64,000 bases of DNA from Eledone cirrhosa (taxonomy: Eukaryota). Below the pieces are notes generated by a model. That model saw only the letters and a program-made list of their open reading frames with translations, was not told the DNA's origin and did not search any database. Within the stretch, counting starts at the first letter, position 1, and every line of letters begins with the position of its first letter. The position numbers and the translations under genes were made by a program. Location: the NCBI GenBank assembly GCA_964016885.1, contig OZ024747.1, positions 35,464,001 through 35,528,000 on the forward strand. Direction: 5' to 3'. Below, piece after piece: positions 50,355 through 64,000 of the stretch.

Positions 50355-51615
50355 TTAATTTGTTTTGCGAGATTTCTTATCTGAAAGCGTGTGTTGAAAC
50401 AGATATTGTTATACGTTGGAAGAGTCATGCTGCCAATAAAAACACACGCATCCGTTGGTTTTCACTTCAATTTTTTATCATATGATTGCCATTGAATTTG
50501 AACATATGTTCCTTAATGGTAAGTTTGATACTGGCCCCCACCGCATATGCGATCATTGTCTTTAATTCATCAAGGTTTTGTGGGGTCCGTATGGCTCTGT
50601 GTGGGTCTCCTTGGCCATTGAATTAATGGTGGGTCGTCTCCCTCTTTCTGGCCTTGTGGAGCAGAGGCTATTGAGGTAATTTGTGTCTAAGTATTCCTTA
50701 TTGTATGTAAATTTAAGTAGAAGCCCCAGCTCACTGGTATGACTCCCATGGAATTCCACATCCCTCTCGCTGATCAGTTCTATGCATTTTTCCACAGTAA
50801 AATCAACGGCGCTAGATGGGTATAGGGTCACTACATCCATGCTACCTATCGTACAGCTTGTTAAGTCCCAAGACAGGTTGCATTCGTTGATTCTGTTGAG
50901 GAGGTCCTCCGTTGTGTCTCATATATCTGGGGACATTTCGATGGTAGCTCGTTTGATCAGGGAGAGGAAGTAGGAGTGACTGTAGCTAGTAATTTTAGCT
51001 CCACAGACTGACCGTGTTGATGGTCTTGTGACTGGGTCACTATTTGCCATGTGGCTTTTGCGAAGCCGATACAGCGTTGGTATATCTTTGTTCCTGGCCT
51101 AAAAGTTGATGTAGTGGGTTTGCATTGCCTGGATATGGTTTGGTAAGCTGTCAACCTACATTCTGCCAGACTTGTCTTTTGGGAAGCATACAACCTCTCC
51201 ATTTCGTGAGAGTTGCAGCTTACGCAAGTCATTTGCGGACTTTTCCTCTGTCCATCCTAAATTTCCCACCTAAATATACCACATATATAAAGGTAGTTAT
51301 GATAAAATGCTTATCTGAGAAAGAAAAACACATTTGCAAAAAAAAGATGGAGACTAAAAAACCTTAACAAAGATATTATCAACAACACGAACAGCGATAG
51401 CAACAACACAAGATGGTGTAGGATATAACAAAGGAGGGACACATAATAAAAACCTAGTCACTGAGAAATTCACATAATGTGTGACGAAAGAGATTTGACA
51501 ATATATAAACAACCTTCCGGTTATCGAACCAACCAATCAAACGGAAATTTGTAATAAATTGAAGTGAAAATCAAATGGTGCGTGTGTATTTATTGGCAGC
51601 AAGTCCCTCCCAAAG
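50355..51615 (-). mobile_element. Rearranged Nematis-like PLE remnants: pseudo-LTR piece, RT fragment, inverted pseudo-LTR
   Basis: SMDVVTLYPS motif (50562-50840). 50355-50490 matches 13630-13770. 51340-51615 is an opposite-strand pseudo-LTR with a degenerate HHR (gtca CTGAGA..gtgac GAAA gaga TT tgac, about 51456-51499). Confidence 0.7.
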
Positions 51616-51823
51616 AATATATATATATAGAAACAATGTGTCATTTAATTTGTTGATTATTCAACAGAGTTAATTTATATCAGATTAGAAGCACTCAACA
51701 TTTTTCTTCTGGAGATCTTTATAAAGCCATATTTATTTTATTATACATATTTCAAGAGTGCCAGTATTTTGGTACGCTATCGTCAGATAAAATACAATAT
51801 TTGCTTTACACACACACACACAC

Positions 51824-52480
<657 letters not shown>

Positions 52481-52539
52481 AAGAAGTAAGTGACATATTC
52501 ACTACTTTAAACAATAGCGTAAGGTCATCAAAATGCTTT

Positions 52540-52863
52540 TAATTTCTGGTTGGTTGGTTGGTTCCACAACCAGATAGTTGTTTATATATTGTAATAGTTC
52601 TTTCGTCACACTCTATGTGACCTCTTCAGTGACTGGGGATTCCTTTCTTTGTTTCTGTGCCTGTTCTGTCCTACGCCATTTTTGTGTGTGTGTGTGTGTT
52701 GTGTGCTCAGTCTGCGCATGCGCCACATCCGGGTGTCTGTGTGTGTTTACGTTCATTTATTTATTTGTTTATTTGCATGTTACTGGTTGGTTGTTTGTTC
52801 TATGTGTGTGTGTGTTTTCATTTTGTCCTTAATTGTAAGTTGTGATGTTGCTGTTCAGCAACA
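52540..52863 (-). mobile_element. Nematis-like pseudo-LTR fragment with HHR at 52591-52633
   Basis: gtca CTGAAGA g gtcaca-tagag-tgtgac GAAA gaac TA ttac; homologous to 51440-51540 and 13881-14100. Confidence 0.65.
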
Positions 52864-54976
52864 TCATGAAGACGCAGAAGAAATCTTCTTCCAAAAGATG
52901 CTATATTTAATATTTTTGTCTTTCAAGGACCATATGAGTTCTGAGAGATCCGTGTTGGTTCTTTTAAGTTTGTATTTAAAAGACGAATGATGGTTATAAA
53001 GACGAGCTTTAAAAGATGTGGAAGTGGAGCCAAAAAAGGTGAAGGAATTGGTGTCAGTTATAACTTTACATTCGTAAATTAAGTTTTTATCAAGACAATG
53101 GTTGTTGAGAGGACATTTATTTTTAATAGGGCAATTGCAATTGCGATTAGAGAGATTATTAATGAGTGACCTAGTGTTATCTATAGAAGGAATTGGATTG
53201 GAGAAGTTATTTGCGATAGGAATAATAGTTTCTTGATTTTGAATGGGATTAAGAACATTTAGCGAAGTTGTGTTTGACGTTGTATTTGGGTTTGTAGAAA
53301 TTAGCCTAGGGTTTACAATGACGTCGGGAGTACTATTATTATGATATTCAGTGTTGGAAGGAAGAGATTTAGTATTTAGTATTTTATTGTTGTGTTTAGA
53401 GATAATGTTGGAAATGTTAGAGGATGTAGAATAGAAAAATGTTATAGTGTGTTTGTTAAATATTTTACTATAGATATGTGAGGGAGGGAAGCATTTATTT
53501 AAGGCACTAAAGAATAATTTAGGAATATTGTTATTAATAGAGATGGAGAAAGGAGCATTATACCAGATTATGGTTTTTGTATCTAGGTCTTTTATTAAAA
53601 TTATTGGAATGATCATGATTAATTATTCTACTGTAATTTCTTCTAGAATTTGTTTCTTTACTATATTTGATTTTATCAGGATAGCCGGCTTTAGAAAGCG
53701 CGTTATTATAGTAATTGGCGTTAGCATCAAAGATCTTTTTATTAGAAGATAGGTTAGATATTCTTTTTCCAATATTACTAACTATAGCATTCTTGATATT
53801 AGTAGGATGGTTAGATTTAAAGTTAACATAATTTAGGTTCTCATTGTTTTTATGGTAAGGGTAATATAGGCCAGTGTCAAGATTAAGAGATACATCGAAG
53901 AAATTAGCTAGTTTGATGTTGTTATCAAATTCAATTTTTAGGTTATGTTGGTTAAAGAGATTACGCATATTGTTCTTAATAATATTAAGGTTAACTATGT
54001 TGCAATTTAAGATAGTAAAGAGTCCATCGTCACGATAAATTCCACCGCGAATTTGAGGAATTTTCCGACTCACAGAGTTCAAAATAAAGATACCAATTAA
54101 ATCTGTCAATTGGGATGAATCGGATGCTCCCATTGTGATGTCGGCTCTGGTCCAATATTCGTTGTTGAACTCTAGGATGGTTTTTCGTGCGGTGAGAATG
54201 ATGTGAAGTTCATCTGTGGTGATGTCAGAATATTTAAGTGCGAAAGATAGAGCATTATTGAGAAGTGAAGGCGAAATAGAAGAATAGTAGCTGGCAATAT
54301 CAAATTGAACAAATTTTAGTTTGTTTTTATTATTCAATTTGTTGAACCAGCTAATCACTTCAGAAGTACCAAACCATAAATTTAGGTTCAAAGAAGAGCA
54401 ATTAGAACGAACCTGTGGGATAATTATATCCAAGATGGCTTTACTTACAACCCCCAGATCTGATTTAGAGGGGGCGATTAATCTAACAGGTAGTTCAGTG
54501 CGAAAATTGTTTTTGTGATCCTTGAGATTTATCCTCGGAGTTCTTGGGAGGAATGGTTCTGTCTTTTTTTCAATGCCAAGTTTTGACATAATCTCAGAGG
54601 CTTCAAAGTTTATGTATTCTAAATTTTCATGGTTGGTTTTACGATATTTTTTCCTAAGTTCCTTTAGGATGAGGTTGTTATAATTATCCGTGGAAATACC
54701 ATATAAGTTATTGGTTTTGTCACAGTGGACTAAAACATTTTTTGAGGAATTTAGGTTTGAAATTGTGTTCTTGAAATTTACAAGGTGCTCTTGTCCTTTG
54801 TAAGGGTATCTCTTGAATTTAAGATTTTTTATAATTTTAGTTAACTTTTCCTCGAATTGCACTAGATTTTTGTTGGAAGGAGGATTTCTTCTAGAATTAA
54901 ATAGATGATCGAGGAAGTTATGTTCTTTGGTATAGAAGTTCCCTTTTAGGCGCTGGTCATAGAAATAGGCTATCCA
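52864..54976 (-). pseudogene. PLE RT-GIY-YIG ORF (frameshift near 53575, 3' end lost)
   Basis: ORFs 53558-55033 and 52864-53616. The first 19 or so codons of the former derive from the antisense pseudo-LTR. Confidence 0.9.
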
Positions 54977-55142
54977 TGATGATATTTGTTTTTGAAATGC
55001 GCATAATAAAATACATGGAACTCTTTTAACCATCTTTTGTTCTTATATATTATGTATAATCCAGTCCTACAAACTGTAGAGTGCTTCTTATCCGATATCT
55101 GCATTGCTTTATTGTACTACAATAAAACTCAACTCCTACATT
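52864..55142 (-). mobile_element. Penelope-like element family A (Hydra-like), near-complete RT plus part of GIY-YIG, with an inverted pseudo-LTR at the 5' side
   Basis: CDKTNNLY, PRINLKDHK, RLIAPSKSDLG, QFDIASYYSSI, MGASDSSQLTDLIG, GIYRDDGL, PYHK, SNHP, CNCPIKNKCPLNNHCL, LIY..FFG. 54974-55142 on plus matches 6646-6712. Confidence 0.95.
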
Positions 55143-55170
55143 ATATATATATATTTATATGTATTATTAT

Positions 55171-55215
<45 letters not shown>

Positions 55216-55216
<1 letters not shown>

Positions 55217-55410
55217 ATAATTGTTTCTACTTTTGGCACAAGGCCAGTAAATATCCCAGTTCATTACTGGTACTTTATTTTATCGACCCCGTAAGGATGA
55301 AAGGCAAAGTTAACCTCGGCGGGATTTGAACTCAGAATGGCAAGGGCCATAACTCTATGCGACAAAGCATGGCGTCCGACCCTCTACCAATACTGCCATG
55401 CCACCACCCT
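55216..55410 (-). mobile_element. Full-length SINE S1
   Basis: Family match; atatagtaataat is duplicated on both sides. Confidence 0.9.
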
Positions 55411-55461
55411 ATATAGTAATAATAATACACGTGAAGACTAAATATATATATATATATATAG

Positions 55462-55780
<319 letters not shown>

Positions 55781-55835
55781 ATATATATATATATATACAT
55801 ACACACACACACACACTCACACACACACACACACC

Positions 55836-55919
<84 letters not shown>

Positions 55920-55923
<4 letters not shown>

Positions 55924-56269
55924 CACGATACATCAACGGAGGCTTAGACTCTCGCTATTCCCTGTCATTAACGTGCTCAAAGGAGAAGGAATCCCGAGCC
56001 CTTTATAATGTAGAAAAGATAACACACCATAGCGAGAGATAGTGCGCCATCAATCAAACAGTGAAAAACCACCAGTGTATGGAATATATAGCCCATGGAA
56101 GGCAAAGTAGACACACAATAATTAAAAGTATATATCAAAGTGCTAATACGTACCCTGATAACTATCTAACACACACGTACATGGGGTCTAGATTCCATAC
56201 ACTGGTGGTGTTTCCCTGATTGACTGATGGCGCATTATCCCTCTCTCTGGTATGTTATCTTTTCTACAT

Positions 56270-56275
<6 letters not shown>
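55920..56275. repeat. TA-flanked insert with an imperfect inverted repeat of about 90 bp
   Basis: 56008-56097 versus 56180-56269, roughly 13 substitutions and no indels. Confidence 0.8.
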
Positions 56276-56326
<51 letters not shown>

Positions 56327-56329
<3 letters not shown>

Positions 56330-57993
56330 CCATAATTTAGATAGTTTAAGGAAATACTTAATATTAACCTTCGTTAGTTTTAATCTTAAAATTACCATTT
56401 ACACTAACCTTTCCAATGTTTAATTTCTAGATATAAACCTAGATGTGCCTACTACTTCTTATAAACCTAATGCAATTTTAAAATATATAAATAAAGGCTC
56501 TTGCCATCTTTCTGAAGTTTTTAAAAAACCTTATCCCTAATATCAGCCGTAGGATCTCCACCCTCTCTTCCTCAGAAGCTATTTTCAATAAGGCATCCCC
56601 CTACTCTAATAAAGCCTTTCAAAATAGCGGATTTAGAGAACCGATTAAGTACATACCCAACAATACTAACTCCCTTAAACATAATAATAGGAAAATAAAA
56701 TAAACTGGTTTACAGCCCCCCTACTCTTTAGCAGTTAAAACTAATGTAGGCAAAACATTCCTAGAGCTCTTAAATAAACATTTCCCTAGAACACATATAT
56801 ACTATAATATCTTCAATAGAAACTGTGTAAAAATCAGCTTCTCCTGCAGTCCCCCTATTAAATCTTATAATATCAATAAGTAAACACCCAGATAACATCA
56901 ACATTGCTCCTGTAGAGTCAAAAGCCCATTACAAGGTAAATGCAACACCAAAGCCATTGTATGCGCCTAAATTGACAACCATGAGCAACAACCTACCAGC
57001 CACCAGCGAACGATATGTGGTTATGACACAAGACAAATTCAAAACGCGTTATTACTCACATGTCGCATCTTTCCGACATCCTGAAAAAAGATTTACAACA
57101 GCTCTGGCTAGCAAAATATGGGATTTGAAAGAATAAGGTATCCAATATAAATTGGATTGGTCAATATTGAACCAATCTAAAAAATATGCAAGATGAACAA
57201 GAAGATGCACACTCTGCATAAGCGAAACATATTGGATTTTGCAGAACCTTAAATCACCAAAAACCTGCCTAAATGCAAAAACAGAAATGTTCACCAGTTG
57301 CCCACACATGAAATCACACTTGCTTTCCAGCTCATATTAACTTATCTCACTTTCAGATACGTATCCTCCATAAACTCTTGTTGTTCACTTTCCTTAAATT
57401 ATCCTATTTACAGACTTCTCTTTCAGATTTACTTTTATTTTTAACTTTATTTTCATTTTTATTTTTACTTCACACCCACCAGTGACCCCCCCCCCCTACC
57501 TTTTGATTTACTTACCTAATATCTTCACAATTCCACATTTTACTTCCCCATTTCTTTCACTACCTGATATCACCTGTCACTTGCGTTTTCAACTACAGAT
57601 ATATTCTGTTGTCTCGCAGCCGCTTTTAAATTTGTACTCATTTATTCATACGGCTGGTTTATAATTTGTATCTATACGTGTGAGGGTGCATGTGTGTGTA
57701 TGCGTTCTGTATATGTATACGAACGCCTCCGTATGTGTGCGTATGTGTGTTTTTATATCTATGTTTTTTACATACTTATATATACGTGTGTGTATTTGTG
57801 AATGTATGTGTATGTGTATGTTTGTATATATATATATGTATGTGTATGTGTGTGTGTATATATATGTATATATATAGTCGCGTTCGTCCATGTGATTAGA
57901 TATACATGTGCCGATATATATATATATATGCTTCGTGCGTATGTATGCGGGTCTCTGTATGTATGTACGCACGTATGTTATTTTCTCTATACG

Positions 57994-58054
<61 letters not shown>

Positions 58055-58644
58055 GTGTGTAAGTACGAACCTATGTTTGTTTTTTCTAATGTTAATTTAT
58101 AATTGATATTACTTTCTCTTAGATTTAAAATGTTTTCATTCTCATATATTGTTTCATTTTTATACATGTATCGAGCCTCAGACTGACATTCCTCTGACTA
58201 ATACAATCCCCTCCCTGTATATCATTCGCATATATGTGATCGCGCGTATGTGTGTGTGTTTATACGCGTGCTTTCATGCTAGTATGTGGATATATTTCAT
58301 TCCTTAATACCTGAATCTGGATGTATGTTAGCTATATTATCTTAGAATTTCTTTTTCAACTTATATTATATACGTATTTTTGTTCACACATACACTGATA
58401 TGCTTTGTTTTTTGCCCGTAAAACTTTTACCTTTCTTGAGGAGATTTTTCAAATATTTCACTATTTTTTAAATTGCCTTGTCCGATGAACGAATGAGGAC
58501 GCTTTTTGTATTCGTCTTATTCGGAAAACCTCTGGTAATGAGGTGATTATATTGTATTGTTTATTATACATTAAATATAGCTCTGGTACTTACATAGAGC
58601 ACTCTTCACTCCTTTTTCAATTTTCAACGGAGACTTCAATACTT

Positions 58645-58648
<4 letters not shown>
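56327..58648 (+). mobile_element. Penelope-like element (Hydra-like), 5'-truncated and strongly degenerate, with 3' UTR and pseudo-LTR
   Basis: NFLDINLD, YKPN, SCHL, ISRRISTLSS, WFTAP, IFNRNCVKISFSC, YVVMTQDKFKTRYYSH, WSIL, CTLCISE. Confidence 0.85.
58476..58543 (+). ncRNA. Type I hammerhead-like motif (U4C, one extra A)
   Basis: ccttgt CCGATGA a cgaatgaggacg..cgtcttattcg GAAA a cc-tct-gg TA atgagg. Confidence 0.55.
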
Positions 58649-58700
<52 letters not shown>

Positions 58701-59086
58701 CAGTGCTAACTTAAACGCGTATATCCATGTTTGTAGTTCACTGAGTCCAAAGGAGGATTGGGTATTTTGCATACATAATTTGCTGAAACATTTTATACGT
58801 CGTCAATATTCTAAGTAATTACGTTGCTCAATTTTAAAAATGTGTTTCCACTAAGATGTTTAGTGCTCTGTCTGCATGATATTCACAGCATTTGTGGATG
58901 ATGTCCCGCCCACGTGTTGTGTGTGTGAAATAGAGAAGATTGATTGAGGTTATTTGTGTTTGCAAGCAGTATTGTATATACGATAATCATATTAACGGAA
59001 AAACCCCATTAAATATGTTACTATGTAAAACATAAATGTCATATCATTTGTAGTTGTAAACGGTTGACATTATTTTCTCCTCATTT

Positions 59087-59280
59087 AGGGCGGTGGATTG
59101 GCAGTATCAGTAGAGGGTCGGACGTCATGCTTTGATGCATAGAGTTATGTCCCTTTCCATTCTGAGTTCAAATCCCGCCGGCGTCAACTTTGCCTTTCAT
59201 CCATACGGAGTCGATAAAATAAAGTACCAGTAATGTACTGGATAATTGCTGGCCTTGTGCCAAAAGTAGAAACAATTATT
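59087..59280 (+). mobile_element. Full-length SINE S1
   Basis: Family match; TSD attattttct(c/g)ctcattt at 59069-59086 and 59275-59292. Confidence 0.92.
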
Positions 59281-60030
59281 TTCTGCTCATTTCTTCTGCA
59301 GAGTAGTATCACAAAGTGTTACTAATTATTGATATTCAATTAGCCAACTTTGCAATATAATTTAATTCGCCTCATATGTAACATGAATATCATAGAATTT
59401 CATTTATCCATGTACAAAAATTGTCCCACTCTAGGCAAAATCTTGCAAACTGCTTGCAATGAAGCAGATTTATTACAATTTAGAATATAAGATTTAATAA
59501 GAGAATATCGAATAATTAAATGGATTCTTATGAAATATATTATTCCGTGTAATTATTTCATACGCCCTTGCTGGCTTTCAGTATTAGATCAGTCGAATAC
59601 AACGTCTATAGTGTTAAATTAGAGAGCCTTTCAATAACCGTTAACGTACTTTGCTACAGACATTCTTCCGCCATGATTTAAATTATAGTTGAATGAATGC
59701 TATATCGGGTACACAAATATATAATATATAATATAATAAAGGGAGGAGTTCGGGACAGCGTCCGTTTTATATTTTTTAATCCCGTTAGTAAAGTGAATTG
59801 GATTACTTTGAATAAATAATGAATGAATATCAAATAAATTATGTACTAAATTTCGTAACTCCTAATTAAATATAAATAAATTGATTGCTTATTTAAAAAT
59901 TTACTTCTTTTAAAAGTTTCAAATTTCAACACTTCTGGTATATCGCTACCACCACCACCACTTCAGCTACTATCTATATATAGATAGAGCGAGATAGAAA
60001 GAGAGATACGGATAGAGTGACTATGTGGCA

Positions 60031-60115
<85 letters not shown>

Positions 60116-60264
60116 CAAGAGAGAGATGAATAAATTTGGATTTTCTTTCAACACGCTGATGTGTATGCGCATATACATACATTTATATGTATGTGTATAT
60201 ATCCAGTATAAACATTTTGCCATCAAATTAGGTTTGTTAGCACAGCCAGAAGGTTGTATATATA

Positions 60265-60453
60265 ATAATTGTTTCTACTTTTGGAAACAAAGCCAGCAAT
60301 TACCCACTGTATTAATGGTAATTTATTTTATCGACCCCATAAGGATGAAAGGCAAAGTTAACCTCGGCGTGATTTCAACTCAGAATGCCAAAGGCCGTAA
60401 CTCTCTGCGTTAAAGCGTGGCGTCCGACGCTCTACCGATACTGCCAATCCACC
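60265..60453 (-). mobile_element. SINE S1
   Basis: Family match; ataataat on both flanks. Confidence 0.9.
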
Positions 60454-60646
60454 ATAATAATGAAAATGATTGTGTACAGCGCTCAGGTGCATTATAACTG
60501 CTGTTGTTCTTTTATAAAATCGCTATCAACTACAACCCTCTGCACTTCAACTACTATATATATATAGACAGAGCGAGAAAGAAAGAGAGAGAAATTGTGT
60601 GTGGGAGTATATGAAGTGATAGATACAGATAGATAGAGGACAATGT

Positions 60647-60733
<87 letters not shown>

Positions 60734-60791
60734 CTGTGTGTGTTTGTGTGTATGTGTGTGTGTGTATGTGTGTGCGTGTGTGTGTGTGTGT

Positions 60792-61020
60792 GTAAAAGGT
60801 AAACAGAAATAACAACACAATCGGTTCAGTATATGGAAGGTATATATTAGGTTAATGCTTGATATAGCAGGAAAAGGGTCTCAACGTTTCAGACGCTAGT
60901 CATTCATTAGAAGAAAGAATGAGAAATAAAATAGATTGAGGGGACGGGCGGGATGGAATTGGAAAAAATCTCTTTAGATAAAAATAACAAGTCCATTCAT
61001 GTTGATATCTTTTGCAAAAG
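60792..61020 (-). mobile_element. Solo pseudo-LTR of the Neptune-like family at 30290-30510, with a degenerate HHR
   Basis: Reverse complement aligns with 30290-30510; CTAATGA..gactagcgtct GAAA cg TT gaga. Confidence 0.8.
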
Positions 61021-61459
61021 ACACACATACACTAGAACTTTTGTTTTCATACGCTTCAGCTGCGCGTTGTGCTGCTACCACAGTTGCTATGACTACCTTA
61101 TACTACTCTTTCTCTCTCCATGTCTGATTTATCAAATTGCAGACGATCATACACTTATATGTATAATCACGCAAAAACAGCCACATTTACAAAAATATAC
61201 ACATACAGACATGCATTCACACATTCTTAAGTTGTAAAAGTTGTGCTATATTATTATCGCTAAATCACATCGATTTTATATATAAACGTTCGTATATTTC
61301 CATCGTTATTTCATAACGTTTATATTTCGCGTCTCTCATGTATTTCAAACATACATTTACTTCAAAGATTTGTTTTCTCCATGTCAGCTTTATTTTTTTT
61401 TTCTTCCATTTAACATATGTTTATTTCTAAGATTTCACAGTATTAATAACATATACATA

Positions 61460-64000
61460 CATGACAGAAAGTGAAGCTGGGACGCAGAATACTTTCTCTT
61501 CTAAATCCCAACGCATGGCAGCAGACGCACAACGACAAAGAGAGATAACGGCAAATCAATCAATAATCAGTCTACAACATCCCTCTGAAAATGTGAATAT
61601 TTTCCTACATGCTGACAAAGTAAAAGCCTTTGATTTTCATTGTCGCACATATAATCTTCCCATGGCATCTGAGCATTAGGTCTCTTGGATGTCATCATTC
61701 ATAAAAGAGATGGTGGTCTTCAGACGATTCATCACTTGCAGCTTTCTTATGATCCTCTGCATTATGTGCTACTGTTTCCTTGGGGGTATGATGGGTTTCA
61801 GTTTGGTTTGTAAAGGAATGACAACAACCACACACTCACACCAACTGATTTCTACTGTTTTCGGTTTCAGGTAAGGCAAGGTGACTGTAACATTATCATG
61901 AAGAGCAGGCGGCTGATGCAGCAATATGCTGTAGATGCCCAGGCAAAATTAGAACATTGTCGCCTCAAATGGTCCCACAACAATCAAACCGTGATACGAG
62001 GTGCAAAGTATAATGGTTTGTATGATGCTGTGGCTGAAGGAGATTCAGTAAATGCAGGCTGAAGGATTATTCTTCCTCCTTCAATCTATGGTTCCCCTCG
62101 CCTCTACAGTGAGTGCTTCCAGAATTAAATAACTGTGGTTCGACACATAGGAAAGCCCTATTATTTCATCACACTAACAACTAACCCTAACTGGGATGAA
62201 ATAAAAAAAAGTCTGCACCCTGGTGAAGAACCTGCGCACCGTCACGATATTTGTACAAGATCAAGTATGACAGCCGCATGGATGACATACTGAAAACAAA
62301 TGTCCTAGGAAAAGTTGTGGCGCATTTTGCTACAATAGATTGGCAGAAACGAGGCCTCACTCATGCTCATATTCTGCTGATAATGGATGAAGATAGCAAA
62401 CCCAAAACTGCTGATGCTATTGATCAGGTAGCGTACTGTGAGATTCCTGATAAAGAGACCAATCCAATTCTGCATAAGATCATCACATCCTGCAACATTC
62501 ATAGCCCTTGTGGACAAGCTAATATGATTTGCTCATGTATAGAAAGGCTAGGACAACAGCGTCATTGCTCAAAAGGTTATCTTAAGGTATTCAGGCAAAT
62601 CACATTTGTTGCCGAAAATTCCTTTCCTGAGTACGGAAGGGGGATGAACAGCATGGTGGTCACATCCATAAAATCCAACTTGAAGGTCAAGAATTTACTG
62701 TTGATAATCTTTGGATTGTTCCATACAACCCTTTCCTCTTATTGACACATCAGTGCCACATCAATTGTGAGGTTGTCCACTGTCAAGGCTGTTAAGTACT
62801 TAGAGAAGTACGTTACAAAAGGATCAGACAAGATCACTTTCACTATTAAGGATGATCAAGGAAATTGTGTCCATGCCGAAAATGAGATTGAGACCTATAT
62901 CAAAGCACGGTACATCTCAGCCAGTGAAGCGTTCTGGAGAATCCATAAATTTACATTACATCATCGAAAACAGCCAGTTGAAAAGTTGCCTTGACATTTA
63001 CCTGGGGAACAAATCGTCGTGTATGAGTGAGGGCAGGAAGAAAATGTTGTTTCTGAGGGACAGCCAAAGACTAAGTTGACGGAATATTTACAACTGAATA
63101 TTAGAGACCCACTGGTACAAAACATATTATATATTAATATTCCTAAATATTTCACTTGTACAAGCAAAAAGTGGCAAAGAAGAAAAAAGGGACATCTGGA
63201 TGATGATCAACAATTTATGAGTGAATCTCTTGGACGCATTCCAACAGTATCTCTCAGTAGACTTCAATCTGAATTATATTATCCTAGGATGATCCAACAT
63301 CACAAGGTTTGGTCAACTTCATACAAAGATTTGAGGACAATTGAAGGTGTTGAATTTCCAACACCCCAAGAAGCATGCAGGAAACCTGATCTGTTGGATG
63401 AAAATGAAGAAAAAGACAAAGTTATGGAAGAGGTCCACAGCTGCGAGAGATCTTCTGCACCATTTTACTATACTTCATGCCAAATGACCCTCTCTAGTTC
63501 TTGCAGAGGATATTATACATGAACGTCAAGAGCAAGTCATGCCCATGCAAACCATGCAGATTGTTCTACAGAAGAGCCACCAAAGACTTCAAAATGATGG
63601 CTTGGACATTCATGCCAACTATGGACTTCCTCAGCCAGACCTAACTATTGTTGCCATAACATAAATCAACAGGGATCTTATGACAGTAACTGATTTCAAG
63701 CAAACATAAATGAACTTCTGCCAAAACTTAATCCTGAGCAACTGGTTATATTTCACAAAGGAATCACCTCTGTAAATGAACGTAGAACTTTCTGCTTGAA
63801 TGCAAGTGCAGGCACAGGAAGGATTTATGTCATCAACATCATATTGGATTACCTCCGATCTAAAAAAAAACATTGACTTGCCACTACCATATCTGGATAG
63901 CAGCCAATATTCTTCACAAAGGTAGAACGCTTCATTCCAAGTTCAAGATTTCTCTCATTGTGACTGCTGAATAAACTTGCTTCTTCACAAAGCGGGATGT
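61460..64000 (+). mobile_element. Helitron, degenerate RepHel, continues past the window end
   Basis: LMQQYAVD, ILPPSIYGSPR, YFITLTTNPNW, IDWQKRGLTHAHILL, AVKYLEKYVTKG, ARYISASEAFWRI, degenerate Walker A (ASAGTGR), GRTLHSKFKI. The 5' boundary is uncertain. Confidence 0.92.

Overview
Eukaryotic, AT-rich, (TA)n-saturated DNA that is almost entirely repeat-derived. The tRNA-derived SINEs resemble those of octopod cephalopods (an inference). I can support no host protein-coding gene. Contents: (1) about ten degenerate or truncated Penelope-like retroelements (PLEs, RT plus C-terminal GIY-YIG) of three types (Hydra-like with a CxCx5C linker, Nematis-like, Neptune-like); (2) three defective Helitrons; (3) RTE-like LINE scraps; (4) about ten SINEs, several with target-site duplications; (5) a 200-N gap. 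The most striking signal, read by eye, is about 25 type I hammerhead-ribozyme (HHR) motifs from roughly a dozen sequence families. Some lie in PLE pseudo-LTRs. Others lie in ORF-less, tandem or circularly permuted 520-700 nt units (four families) that sit in (TA)n and form fold-back inverted repeats. These look like unusually large retrozymes (self-cleaving, putatively circular RNAs mobilised by PLEs), with covarying stems, U3-A8 core variants and very large stem II inserts. Ribozyme activity, expression and novelty are untested here. Coordinates were counted by hand and may be off by a few bases.
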